Positions 52,206-64,000 of a stretch of 64,000 bases of DNA are shown in pieces. This DNA comes from Kudoa neothunni. Taxonomy: Eukaryota; Animalia; Cnidaria. Position 1 is the stretch's first letter; every line of letters begins with the position of its first letter. Both the position numbers and the translations under genes were made by a program. The notes under the pieces are model-generated. The model was not told the DNA's origin, made no database searches, and saw only the letters and a list, made by a program, of their open reading frames with translations. Where the stretch lies: positions 7,280,407-7,344,406 of the forward strand of contig OZ199839.1 of the NCBI GenBank assembly GCA_964304625.1, read 5' to 3'.

Positions 52206-52530
52206 ATTATAACTAAGGCATGCAATTTTTGACGTTTATTTTTGGAACAATTAATGGTTTTAATCGAATTCTTTAAATAAATGTCGAGTTTCTCGTCGTT
52301 TTTATGCATAAAAGAAATTATACATAGATCTGCACAAAAATCTCTATAACGCAAAAACACAAATGAGCAATACACAGAATATAATAAAATTATATTCTTA
52401 TTTCATTATTTAATACAATAATGATATTATAAGGATTCCTCCCCTAGAAAGAGATGTTTTTTCATCTGAAATATCATGACTGACCCCAAAAAAAAGTTTT
52501 TATTGCAATTAAAGACAACGGTTTGTTTAA

Positions 52531-53241
52531 TCGTCTAATGGTTTGGGGGTAAAATATACCCCATGTTTTTTTGGATTAAAAATACTTTAAAAAATGTAAA
52601 AAAGTTCAAATTTAAATATAATGAAATTCTTAGGAGTAGTTTTTGTAGAAAGTAAGGAAATATTAGATAAATTAATTAAATCGCATGCGCGAATTATATG
52701 ATGATGTGTGATTCTAGTGATTTCATTGATGAATTTTGTCGTTTAGAGAATGAATATCACATTATTGGCGAAAATTTCTTCTTTTCGATATTTCTTGTTG
52801 AAAAATTATTGAAAAAATTCAATCATAGAGACATTACGGGAAAAAATAAAGTGATAGCATGCCTCCAATCATCACCAAATAGAGCCTGTTGTGGCTGCAT
52901 TTTTGTTTTCCCATGGAAAATATATAATTCTTTCTAAATTTGGTTTAAATACTTCAACTGGAGCAACACATTTAATTTCGCTGCATCAACGCGATTACTT
53001 TTTTAATGAAACCTCGATCTGTACCGACGTAAGATGGATCCTAAACGAAACCGATTATCACAGGGATTACGTCCAAATTTAATTCGTATTTGCCAGTGTT
53101 TCATCCATAGGAATTTAAAATTATTCCACGAAATTGATTATTACATTTTTTAGAATGTTATAATTCAAAAAAAATGTGGGGTAAATTTACCTCAAAGTCC
53201 ATTGCCATTACACGTTCATCGTTTTTGAGATCATTAGAGGG
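52531..53241. mobile_element. piggyBac-type MITE
   Basis: TTAA flanks, right end CATTAGAGGG-TTAA, degenerate left end, GGGGTAAA..TACC subterminal palindromes at both ends. Confidence 0.55.
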
Positions 53242-54505
53242 TTAAAAATTATTGTTGGAATGGTTGAGGTGGTTAAAATCATTTTTTTCAGAAAATATAG
53301 GTAAGAGCCTATCAACGGATGTTTTAACACTAGAAAGTGAACGTGCCGCAGGATAATATTTTTAGAAAAAATTTCTAAGGCGTGTGTGATTATCTATTAT
53401 TTAAAGTGGTAATCTATCATATGCTATAACTGAAACAAGATAACTTTTTATTTTTTGAATTTTATGATCTCTAAATAACGGAAGGGACTAGGAAAGACAT
53501 GCTTTAAAGATCCTATTATTGTATGATGCTTCAATCACGCAAAAAATGTTTCTGAGCATGGTTATGTTTTTTAGGCAGCTTTAACTTTCAGTATTTATGA
53601 ACAGATTCATTTTTAATAATTTCTAAATTAATTCAATCCTCAATAAATAGTCCAAATCACATATTTTTCTTCCAATTCGAATTAAGGCGCCCTTTCCAAA
53701 ACAATCCGAAAAAATATACAACGAACCATCCTGATAACATTGACGGTTTAAATCAATCGAAAATGATTTAAGTCGGAAATTACACACTCTAGTCATGATA
53801 AAGTGAAAATTCGTTACATTATTCGGATAACACAAATAATCTTAAAAAAAGGGGAAATTACTTTGACAGAAAGAGAATAATTGTAAACTGTATGTTTGGA
53901 TTGCTTCACAGTTATAAGCGATTAATACTTAACATTGGATATTTTCTCTAAATAGCACTTGAATAATTGTATAGCAACAATCCCAAACTCACTTTTTGAA
54001 TACACAGGACAAAGATAGCTAGTTTGGAATGTCTACGTATTTTTAAAAATAATTATATTTAATTGATTGATTAATAGCAAATAAAAATACAGCCGTTCAT
54101 AAAAATTGATTTTTAAAGAACTTAGATTTAATAAAATTCTCAATAAGTATCTTTATAGAAAAACAATAAAAATTTGTCACAAAAGTTTTGTAGTGTTATC
54201 TCCAGCCAAAAATTATAAATGAATAAATAATTTTCCGAATAATATCTACTACGTTCAGAATAGTCGACCTATACTACAAATGTCTTAATATTGTATTGTA
54301 GTTCAAATATTTAAAAAATTATTATTACCTATTTAGTACAGTATGTATATTGTAAATTGAATGTGAATGGTTTCTTATAGTATCCAAATATAGCAAAACA
54401 TTTCGCGATAACTCGAATGCATTCACCAATTTATTTTGAATAGGTTTTATAAAGTTCACAAGAGAGAAATAATACAGATTAGAAGTTATTGTATTTGTTA
54501 AGGTG

Positions 54506-57416
54506 ATGAAGAAGGACCTTATAACTTTACTCATCGTTGCGTCACGTATATAAAATACCTGTTACTTCAGTCACAAAAATTTAGTTGCGGCTATCTGCTT
54601 GGCAACCGATGCTCCAACCGTTGCTAGAGAAGTTTTTTATCAAATAGATGACTCCAATCCATCTGTTAGAAAGATTCACATTGAATTAAAAGGAACAGAG
54701 TATACAATAAATAAGAAATGTCGCGTTATGCAAGAAAAAGCTGACGGAAGTACATATGATGAGATAGTGACTTGTGAAGATAACATTGGCAATAATAATG
54801 ATAAATGTGTAAGAATTTGTGCTGGAAACAACAATAAGTTGGACTATTCAAAGCTTTCACCGAGAGCAAAATACATATATATAAAAGATGGAAACGCAGA
54901 GGGTGATGTTAACACAGAAAACAGTAAAAGAGGAGGAAATGTATTTGGGCTAACGATACGTAAGATAAATATTTTATCTGTAATAATAATATGTATTTAG
55001 CACTTTTGGTAGACCCTGACATAAACGCATCAACACACAACAATTATTTATTGAAGTTTATTGTAAAAACTTGTAAGTCAGTGACATGCCCTATTCATTA
55101 CAAAGGAATAAAATACCAGGAGGTCACTGCAACAAACAACTGTAACGCACCCACCAGTGACAGTAATATATATTCCGTTGAATATGGACAAAAAATCCCT
55201 TATTATGAAATGAGGTGCACTGATTATCCAATTTTCTATTACCATATGCCCAACATTTACATGAAAGAAAATATCGATATTTATAAGCCTCAATTCTACG
55301 TTAAGTACAAATCTAGTGATGCAAAAACTAAATATTATCTTAAATTTACCAACCCACTTCCAAATGAAATATGTCTATTTGGAATAAGAGATGGGGCGGA
55401 TGTTTCCGCTGGCGCTAATGCCCCTGATTACATTTCGAATTGCGGAGAAACCAACAAATCATGCTATGCTCCGTGTGACGATGTGGAGCTTGCTCTTGAC
55501 ACATTTAAGTCAATTGTTGAGGTATTGGTTCAAAAACGGCAGCACAAATTAGATAAAAAGACTGATCATTCATTTGAGGGATATACTCATAAAAAATTCG
55601 GTAGCATTAATAGTTGCCGTTTATTTTTAAACTTTTTTAGCTATCATCGAGCCAGCTGAAGCCGCGAATGCTTTTATATCTACTGCGGATACTGGAATCA
55701 AGATAAATACACCATTACTTGCGCCCACTATAACTATTACTGGTGCTGTTGCTTTTAATCAATGCACTGTTAAATACTATATTGCAGACACCGTCAAAAA
55801 TCCGACTTTGACCAATGCACAATGTTCATCCAGCGGAAGCTGTCCAAGTGAATGTAATGATGCTAGAACAATTCAAACGCTACCCGAAGGTAAACCCATT
55901 ATGTTCGAAATTACTCCGGGCACTATAGCTGGCCATTCGAACTTTAAGGAATACATATTCGTCAAAACTAGTAAAAAAATTAAATTAATTTCTATAAATT
56001 CTTTACCTAATTAAGATAAAAAATTGGGTAAAGATTTCAACACAGCTAAACCAAGTGCAACGGATACGACGTCCTTAGTGAAAGCAATCGACGAAACTAT
56101 AGGAACAGATGCAACAGAGCCAACATGTGATTACTTGGTTAGTAAAGCTGGGAAGAATATATTTGAAGAAGCAGCATGTGCGGATAGTAGTCCTTGTAGA
56201 GGTTTGTGCAAGGAACCCAAAACGCTAATCGATCTCGACCCCAATACCACCTATGATATCAAGGTGGTCGCTTATTCAGACTATGGTTCCACTATATTCG
56301 CTGACATTAAAACAAGTACAATAATGGTTATATTTAATGTGTTATTTACGAATATGATAGCATTTTCGACTCTAACTCTAACAAAAAAAATGTTAGACAA
56401 AGGCTTTAAAGTAGTAGGAACTCTGTCAACTCCAAAAAACGATGCGAAGTGCAATTATAAAATAACGGCAAAGAATAAAGAAAAATGGGAGACGATTTAT
56501 TCGTGTCCAGCTGAATTGTCAAACTCAGCATTGCCGACAATGTTGAATAATGTTGCAGTAGTCAACGTTGCTAGATCCGGCTCAGGGCAGCAGCCATCAG
56601 CAACCAAATCTAGCAATACTCCGACATGCACTGAAGTACCAAACTGTAATAATATTGTATTCAGTGATGGTTATGATGCTTCAAAAGAATATAAAGTTTT
56701 GGTTACTGCAATAGACCGATCCAATGAAACTCCGATTAGCATACAACCAAGTAAATTTCATATAAATATTATAATATTTAGTAATTTAGTTAATTAATAA
56801 TTCCAATATTTTTTATAATATCCGTTCTAATCAGTACATACCAAACTATTTAGAACCAATAATTGAAACTCCAACCGATGTGACCAAAATAATATTAGTT
56901 TATATTGTGCGTGATGAGAAGACATTAAAGATAACTACCACATTGCCTGCTGGCAAGAATGAAGAATCTACTTGTAAATGGATATTGATTAATTCAAGCG
57001 ATGTTGCAAGACCAACCGTAAAAAAATGTATCAGTAATACAGGCGGCGACTGCAAAGCATTTCCACGTTGTAAAAGTTTTACAATTAAAAATGTCGTAGA
57101 TCTAAACGATTATCATTTAATTGTATATCACAGTGAAGATGAATCAGTACTGGGAACAGCAGAAATAAATCAAGGTATTTACATACTTAATTCTCATTTA
57201 AATTGTATCATAGGAGCATCTGGAAGTAAATCTACGTAAATTATACTATTAACTTTTTATCATATATTAATATTTTTTAGATCAAGAAATACTACAATGT
57301 ATTTGGTCGTGTATGGTAATATATTAATATTTTATTTTAGTATCGTAACATCGGTTGTTGCAGTGATTGTGGTGATTGGAGGGATTGGAGCATTCATCGC
57401 ATTTAGAAAAAAATGA
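54506..57416 (+). CDS. ~823-aa type I membrane protein: signal peptide, tandem Cys-containing FN3-like modules, micro-exon stalk, TM, RKK tail
   Basis: Exons 54506-54545, 54585-54959, 55001-55600, 55641-55970, 56016-56315, 56361-56750, 56854-57174, 57214-57235, 57281-57298, 57341-57416 sum to 2472 nt in frame; signal MKKDLITLLIVASLAAICLA; FN3 motif DLDPNTTYDIKVVAY; TM IIVTSVVAVIVVIGGIGAFIAF. Confidence 0.82.
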
Positions 57417-57624
57417 TAAATTTCATGAAATTAATTTAGAATGGAAATAGACATTCATTTGAATTATTTTCTTAATTGCTTATAATTAGGTATTTTAAAG
57501 TCAGGTATTGATTTTAGGCAACGACTATTGACTAGACAGATTATCATAGCGCGTTTTATAAATTTACCTTAAGTTTATATACAGTTAAATTTAACATTAC
57601 AAATGACATTCCAATGATAAATAT

Positions 57625-60327
57625 GATGGCGCCCCTTTCCATAATAATTGTGCATACGCGAGGATTATAAAATTAATGTTATTTCCATTAATTGTATAGG
57701 TTACAAAGCGAATAACTAAATAATAATCAATCACATTATCTCTTTATATTTTATGCTACCATAAAGACCATGTATGTGACTAATTATAGTGCTTTAAAAT
57801 AAATACTACAACATAGAGAGAATTTATATATTATATGAAAGTTTTGGAATAAATTATTGATCGTAGTTAATTTTAAAATTAATTATTAATATTTAAACGT
57901 GGTAAGAAACATTTTGGAAAGCGAGTTTATTATTAACCCTGTATGTACCGAGCGCGTGGCCATAACGCGGAAGCCGATGGGGTCATTTTTGACCCCAGAT
58001 AAGAATAATCTTAAAAGCTTAAAATTTTTACTAAATTAACTTAACACATGTTCTGATATAATGTCACTCTATAAATAGGCAAATTGGATTTTAATTTTTG
58101 ATGTGAATCGTGAGCACGCCCAAGTAGGTCAGCTACCTCCAATTTCATTAGATTTTTAACTCCAAAATCCATGAGAGATTAACGTGAGTTACAAAAACAA
58201 AAATAATCGCCAAATTAATCAATTAAAAATTATAATGAGCTGAAATGAAATGAAATAAGAAAATGACTTTGCTCGGACAGCCGATGTGACAAGCATCAGT
58301 GTTGTCTTTCGGAAAACTCAGATTGGATTAAATATATTCGAATCGTCTCAGTGCTTTTCAAAACATTGTACTAAGGCGGCATTGAACATTAATTTTTCGA
58401 TTTCATGTCGAATTATAAAAATATTTATGGTGATACGAAAAATATAGATATTTTGCTAAGACGTTTGAAGAGGTTATTATTGTTATAAACAGTATGCGGT
58501 TGAATATATTTTTGATTATTCTTCATCATTTAATTTTTTTCTGACTTTTCAAATACAATATATAATCAAATATAGCCGAGTATACTAAGTTAACTGAACG
58601 ACTCACCAAATGGTAGGGGTAGGAATCGTGTGTATTAAAATAGCCCCATTAAATTAACACTTCATTTATTATAGCGTACTGAAAAATCTCCACTCAACGG
58701 ATTTTACAATAATAATAACAAATTTATATGACAAAACTATTCGAGTCACTTGCCACATGAGACAACTTACCTTTACATAGCATCGTTCAGGCAAATAAAT
58801 TTACCGCAATTAGAACAAGGTTATGTGGACTCTTTAGTTTTGGTCCTTGGGATGTGAAAGCATCTATTACGATATTGTTTTCTTGAATAACAAAAATCAT
58901 CTTTATAGGAAATTTTCAGATTCTGATATTTTAAAATCAGAATTATCACCGGAATTTGAGTTAAGATTATTTTGTATAAGCTATTCAATATCGTTGTATT
59001 ATTCGAAATTATATTATTGAGTAATATGTAAATATTATTTTTAAAAGAAAAGTTAATATAAAAACATTAAGAAAATTACTTTTCACTAACGCAGAAGGAA
59101 TGTTATTCTCGTTACAGTTTAGCTAGAAAAGAAACTGTATTTTTTGAGTTATATAAATAAAACATTTAAAATCTAATTCCATAAATTAAAAAAAAATAAA
59201 TAAAAATTGACACATTTATACTCTTTTTGTTGAAAACTACAGAAAAAAAATAATCTTTCCTCATAAAATATGTGGTATAGCTATTTTTTAAATGTTTAAA
59301 ACGAATAAAAATTTATTTATTTCAAAATTCGTAGTTTCTTCGAGGCATTCCTAGATGCATTAAGTGGTGGGATTAGAATTCTTGGAGTTAAAACAAAATA
59401 GCTCGCGCGAGGTCACAAATGACCCACTTCGGACCGGGAGGGTTAAGGAAAACAAGTTATCGATTAGTACTTACTAGATGACTGATGTTGTAATAGTGAG
59501 CACACTTTTAGGTTTTTTCTCCTCATAGCATAAAAATTTTTTTGTGGAGATTCGTAACTCTAATGATTTCGTAATATCATAGACATCAAAGCTTAATTAT
59601 TGTGTTTACTTGAATCTTAACGATGTCATGATCATTAAAAGTTTGAAAGCAATTTTTTGCGACATTTAATTCGTTATTTAGCAACAAATACCGCATAACT
59701 ACCTATTAAGGCTGGTAAAACTATCTGGGAGCAGTGCAGAAACACTTAAAATCCTCATATGAGTTCTAAACAATAATTCAATTGACTCAAAACGTAAGAT
59801 TGCATCTAAATACGGAGAATTAATAATGAACGCCGATATATCAACTGACCCGAAAGCATACAGCGAAGAAGATAACGAATCGAATTGTAATGATTTCATT
59901 AGAATCCATAGTGTAACAAAAATGTATGAAAATACTAACTACGAAAAAAGCAAAAAGCTGACAGACAGATTATTTCATGCATTAAATTAACTTGGTGGGA
60001 GTGACTATAGCAAATTATTTAATGGGCTTGGCCTCTCTTCGCGGCAATATGAGAATACTTATACGTACTACTATGCAAATTCCACTCTTACCGATCAACT
60101 TGTACTTAATTTTGTTGTGAGAGAAGTAAAAACTCTAGGTAGATCCAAGGCGATGAATGATTATTTTGAATTTGATAAATAACTTCTTTTTATCCTTGTG
60201 GTATATTGGAAAAACTATTATCATTTTTTGTGAAAAATTGTTGTGGGTTATTCGCCTTATAAGTTATAACATACAAAATTAATCTTATAATCCTCGCGTA
60301 TGCATCATTATTGTGGAAGGAGACATC
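57625..60327. mobile_element. Mutator-like TIR element with nested piggyBac MITE and an unidentified ORF remnant
   Basis: ~55-bp imperfect TIRs sharing TGCATACGCGAGGATTATAA; 9-bp TSD GATAAATAT/GATAAATAC. Confidence 0.7.
57937..59442. mobile_element. Non-autonomous piggyBac element
   Basis: TTAA-CCCT ... AGGG-TTAA with GGGTCA....TGACC subterminal palindromes at both ends. Confidence 0.75.
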
Positions 60328-62606
60328 GATAAATACATCTAGCAATAAAGTTGCATTGAAGAATATGTAGGAAGACCTTATTTAGAAAAGGATCACATTA
60401 AGATTCTCCAGTTGAAAATTGTGAAACGTTATATCCAAGCATAAAATGTCATATTTTTGAATCAAAGAATTTACCAAGGTGAATTTTTTCACTAAAATTT
60501 AAAGTTCGTATTTACATATTCAGGTAACTTAACTTATTGTTATATAGACCATTGAAGCGCATCTATAAATAGTAGTGATCAAATATAATTTACCCTATTT
60601 TCAAAAACAGGAAATTATTATTTATATCAATCCGATAATTTATCGATATTTAATTTCAACGAATTATCATTAATTGGCTAGTTCACACGATGCTTAACAC
60701 ACAAATTGTTCATTTGGTCGAACAAATGTATATCCCAACATTTATATTAATTATATTTACTATTTACATTAAGTAAGCATTGGTCAATATCTCAACAGAG
60801 TAATTATTCATAAATATTTAATTTTTAAAGAAACCATATTAATTATAATAGAATATTCTTAAACGTTGAGCTTATATAATGTTGGTTACGTGTAAGATAC
60901 CATGATTATTGACACTTAGTATCTAAATATGCAACAGCATTATAGAAATATATTGAGATTTAAGAATTTAATTCAAGAACGATACTTCTGAACAAATCCG
61001 TCTTATAATAACTAGGTCTGCTTACAAAAGAACGAGTATTTACTCTGTAATTCAAATACTTAAATAATATTAAAGGTACATTTTTACGTGGCATTATATT
61101 ACTCGATGATATCGTTTGTATGCGCTCTCAATTACTGCAATTTAGTATGGAAATGTTATTTTTATACCCATATTAATATATTTAGATTTTCAATTTTAAC
61201 TCTTCGATGTGAAAAAATCTTATCACCGATGTTAAAAATATTATTCTCCTTAGCGTTAGCATTATTATCTTCTACACCACCTTCGATTCTGTTCATTGTG
61301 TATGCACAACCACACTATCCTGGATACAAATTTCATAAAATATAACGTTACAGTTTGTGTAGATATTAAAACTAATTACTCGATTTTTTCATAATTATCC
61401 ACTAAAAGTAAAACAATACAAAGTTAATTAAGATAATAAAATCTGCATGTCATAATCAAGCTATATCGGTGATATTTCCCCACTGGAATGACAAACATAT
61501 TAAATGTATGGTTTTAAACGTTGCAACATAATAATCAAAAAGTAACTAATCTTATTTTACTTTTTAAGATGTCAACAAAAACTAACCGATCATAAAACTT
61601 ATCTGCCGGGCTAATACACACAGCTTTTATTTAATATTAGAAAATGGGACCACAAACAGAATTCTTTTATTCCATTAATCACATGTGACGGATACTGACC
61701 AAGCTCCTTGGTTACTAGGATTGAGTTTGCGTGGAGAAATTATTCTAGAATATAACCTATAAAAATATTAACAATAAAGTTTTTTGTTTCTTTTTTAATA
61801 ATTTCAGAAAGTTGTTAACAATTTTTTTGAATATCAACATTAAAATTTAATCCGAGCACCAGCTTGATGAAAATATTTAATTTATTAAAATAAAGATTGA
61901 AAATGAATAATTTGTAAGCGTAAGACATAATTCTTTAAGAAAAATTTTTCGGGTATATAAAGTAATTCCTTCCTATGATATTAAGATAAACCAGATATAT
62001 AAAAGAATAGCGGAAATTTCCCAGCGTTTCTTGGGGAAGATTTTGCCTAGATACGTTTTTAATAGCATTCGAAAAATATATTGAAATTTCGAATTAACCC
62101 TAGAAATAATATAATTAATAAGTTTTAAGCAATATACTTTAACGATTTGGATTACGAAATTTAAATTATGATCATTTCTTTGAAGGAGTGTTCCAATCCC
62201 GGCGTTCATTTAAAAATTCCGTGGTTCGGCACCAACGCTAAATACGTTAAGGTCATCGTGGAATTTTTTTCATTCTCGAATTATTTAAATCCCGATAAAG
62301 TGTCATCTAAAATGTTATTTTTTGGCCCGGAGGATTGTTAAAAGGCGAATTCTGCCCGGCTCGGGAACTATATGCACCACTAACTTTTTAAGAGAAAAAA
62401 GTAGAAAATGTAATAGAGATCGAAGAAGCCGTATGAAAATTAGTTGATAGTGCCAAAATTAGCATCGCTTGGCCCGGCAAGAATTTAACGCACTTTTTCC
62501 CATAAACAGCCACAAATCGCGTAAACTCCAACATAAACAATTTAAATAATTGGATGAAATAAAAGTACGACCATCCGCATTGAATTTAATCACGGAACGT
62601 TAAACT

Positions 62607-63645
62607 GGCTAAATTACAGTATATGTGTACCAACTTCGAGATCAGATGAAAACGCTCGGTACAAATAGGCAATGCATTTAATTAGTATATAATATCAATA
62701 AATATCTACAAAGTGTGCTTCATTCTCGTTTATAATACTTCCTTCGAAATAGGTAGTCTGATATATACTCAGGCACGGTTTCTGTTTTTTTTGTGGCTTT
62801 TTTGTATTTACGTTTAAAAGTGCCCCAAATAAACTCAATCCGGTCGGTGTGAACTCCTTCACTTGAAACAAACTGTCATTTATGGATAACTCTTCCATGA
62901 ACGAAACCTAGACTCTCTAACCTATTGTATCCAGCCCAACCGTCAGTCCATATTGTAGAACCTTCTTCTACGTTATCAACTATTATGTTCTCAAGAACAT
63001 TCTGATTTCTGTAGCGGGATATTTTTAAAAAACAATCACCATTTTTGTCTATTCCCCAATTAACCAGAACTGTTGGTTCTTTAAAATTCTCCCCATGTTG
63101 TACTTTCTTTTGGAGACAGCAGTCTCATCAATTTGAACTACAACGTTCTCGCCTCCAATTTTAGTGCACTCTCCATCCAACTTCAAATCACATTTTCCCA
63201 TTCTGCTATGGTAGAAAAGGATGTGATATCGACATGATGTTGTATTTCTTCATAGGTGGCGCTGGGACTTTGGATAGTATAGAGGAGAAAGACCAAATAT
63301 TTCCACAATGGAAGCTTTGATCGTTCGAAAATATTGTATTTTCTAATTGAGCATCTTTTTCGGCAAAATTTGCAATAAAACTGATGACTATTACCAATGT
63401 CCTTCCTTGTCACTATTTTCGTCATCGAGCCACAAGAACATTTAAGATAACTCCGCAATAGTCAAAAATTGTTCAGAGTTTCAATTTTATAATTTATATC
63501 ATCTCGGAAATAACCACAATCAAGTATTGTTATGGTATCTATATTTTCCAAAGTGAACATTCTTTTAAAACTCGACGTGGCGCAATTATTTCCCGAGAAT
63601 ATGTGATAGCTCGCTAAGTTTGTGTACATATACTGTAGTATAGCC
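62607..63645 (-). mobile_element. Internally deleted Merlin element, second copy of 30354-31391
   Basis: Colinear high identity to 30354-31391; TIRs GGCTAAATTACAGTATATGT / GGCTATACTACAGTATATGT; no TSD visible. Confidence 0.85.
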
Positions 63646-64000
63646 GAGAAGTTAATGTTCTCCTTGGCGCCAAACAATGTAATTCTCTTACTAATCTACT
63701 AAGAAATCCCCTAAATCCAATTCGCCGCCCGCATAAAACATAAAATGGGCTATATATCAGTTAATAATAATGCAGATGTGTATTAAGTTGATTAAATTCC
63801 CAGATAACAGCGGTTAGATCATGTCTGTTTGGTTTAAGATTTCAGCATATATTCCTGTAAGGAAATAGATTTTTCCCCTCATGCGTACTTCCCCTGTTAC
63901 ACACACACGGACACTACTACTTTATATAATAGAACTAGCACGAAAACTACGCTTCCCTTCTGCTTCCTTGCTCGATCACGCAAACTGAAACCTTAAGTAG

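Noticed and set aside
1-64000. CRISPR arrays, rRNA or prokaryotic defence systems
   Set aside because: None seen; the window is spliceosomal-intron-containing eukaryotic DNA and the IS1595-like ORFs fit eukaryotic Merlin elements.

Overview
AT-rich eukaryotic genomic DNA with short (mostly 40-90 nt) GT-AG introns and fast-evolving animal-type genes, consistent with a compact parasite genome such as a myxozoan (inference). Host genes: ATP5PO (OSCP), PPP6C and CSTF1 (head-to-head, 61 bp between start codons), WDR82, GTPBP2, an intact tRNA-Ile(AAT), and two paralogous single-pass surface-protein genes built from Cys-containing FN3-like modules and ending in two micro-exons. The rest is dense with DNA transposons and MITEs (Merlin/IS1595-like, hAT, pogo/Tigger, piggyBac, Mutator-like). 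The main finding is a ~6.9 kb R2/NeSL-type (RT + CCHC + restriction-like endonuclease) non-LTR retrotransposon whose 3' junction lies in a tRNA-Ile anticodon loop at nt 37/38. The tRNA 3' half plus the Pol III terminator is duplicated, so an intact tRNA gene remains upstream of the element. A second, much older relative also abuts a decayed tRNA-like 3' half, which suggests a tRNA-Ile-specific, target-restoring retrotransposon family. Single-base homopolymer indels in three housekeeping genes point to consensus errors in the assembly.
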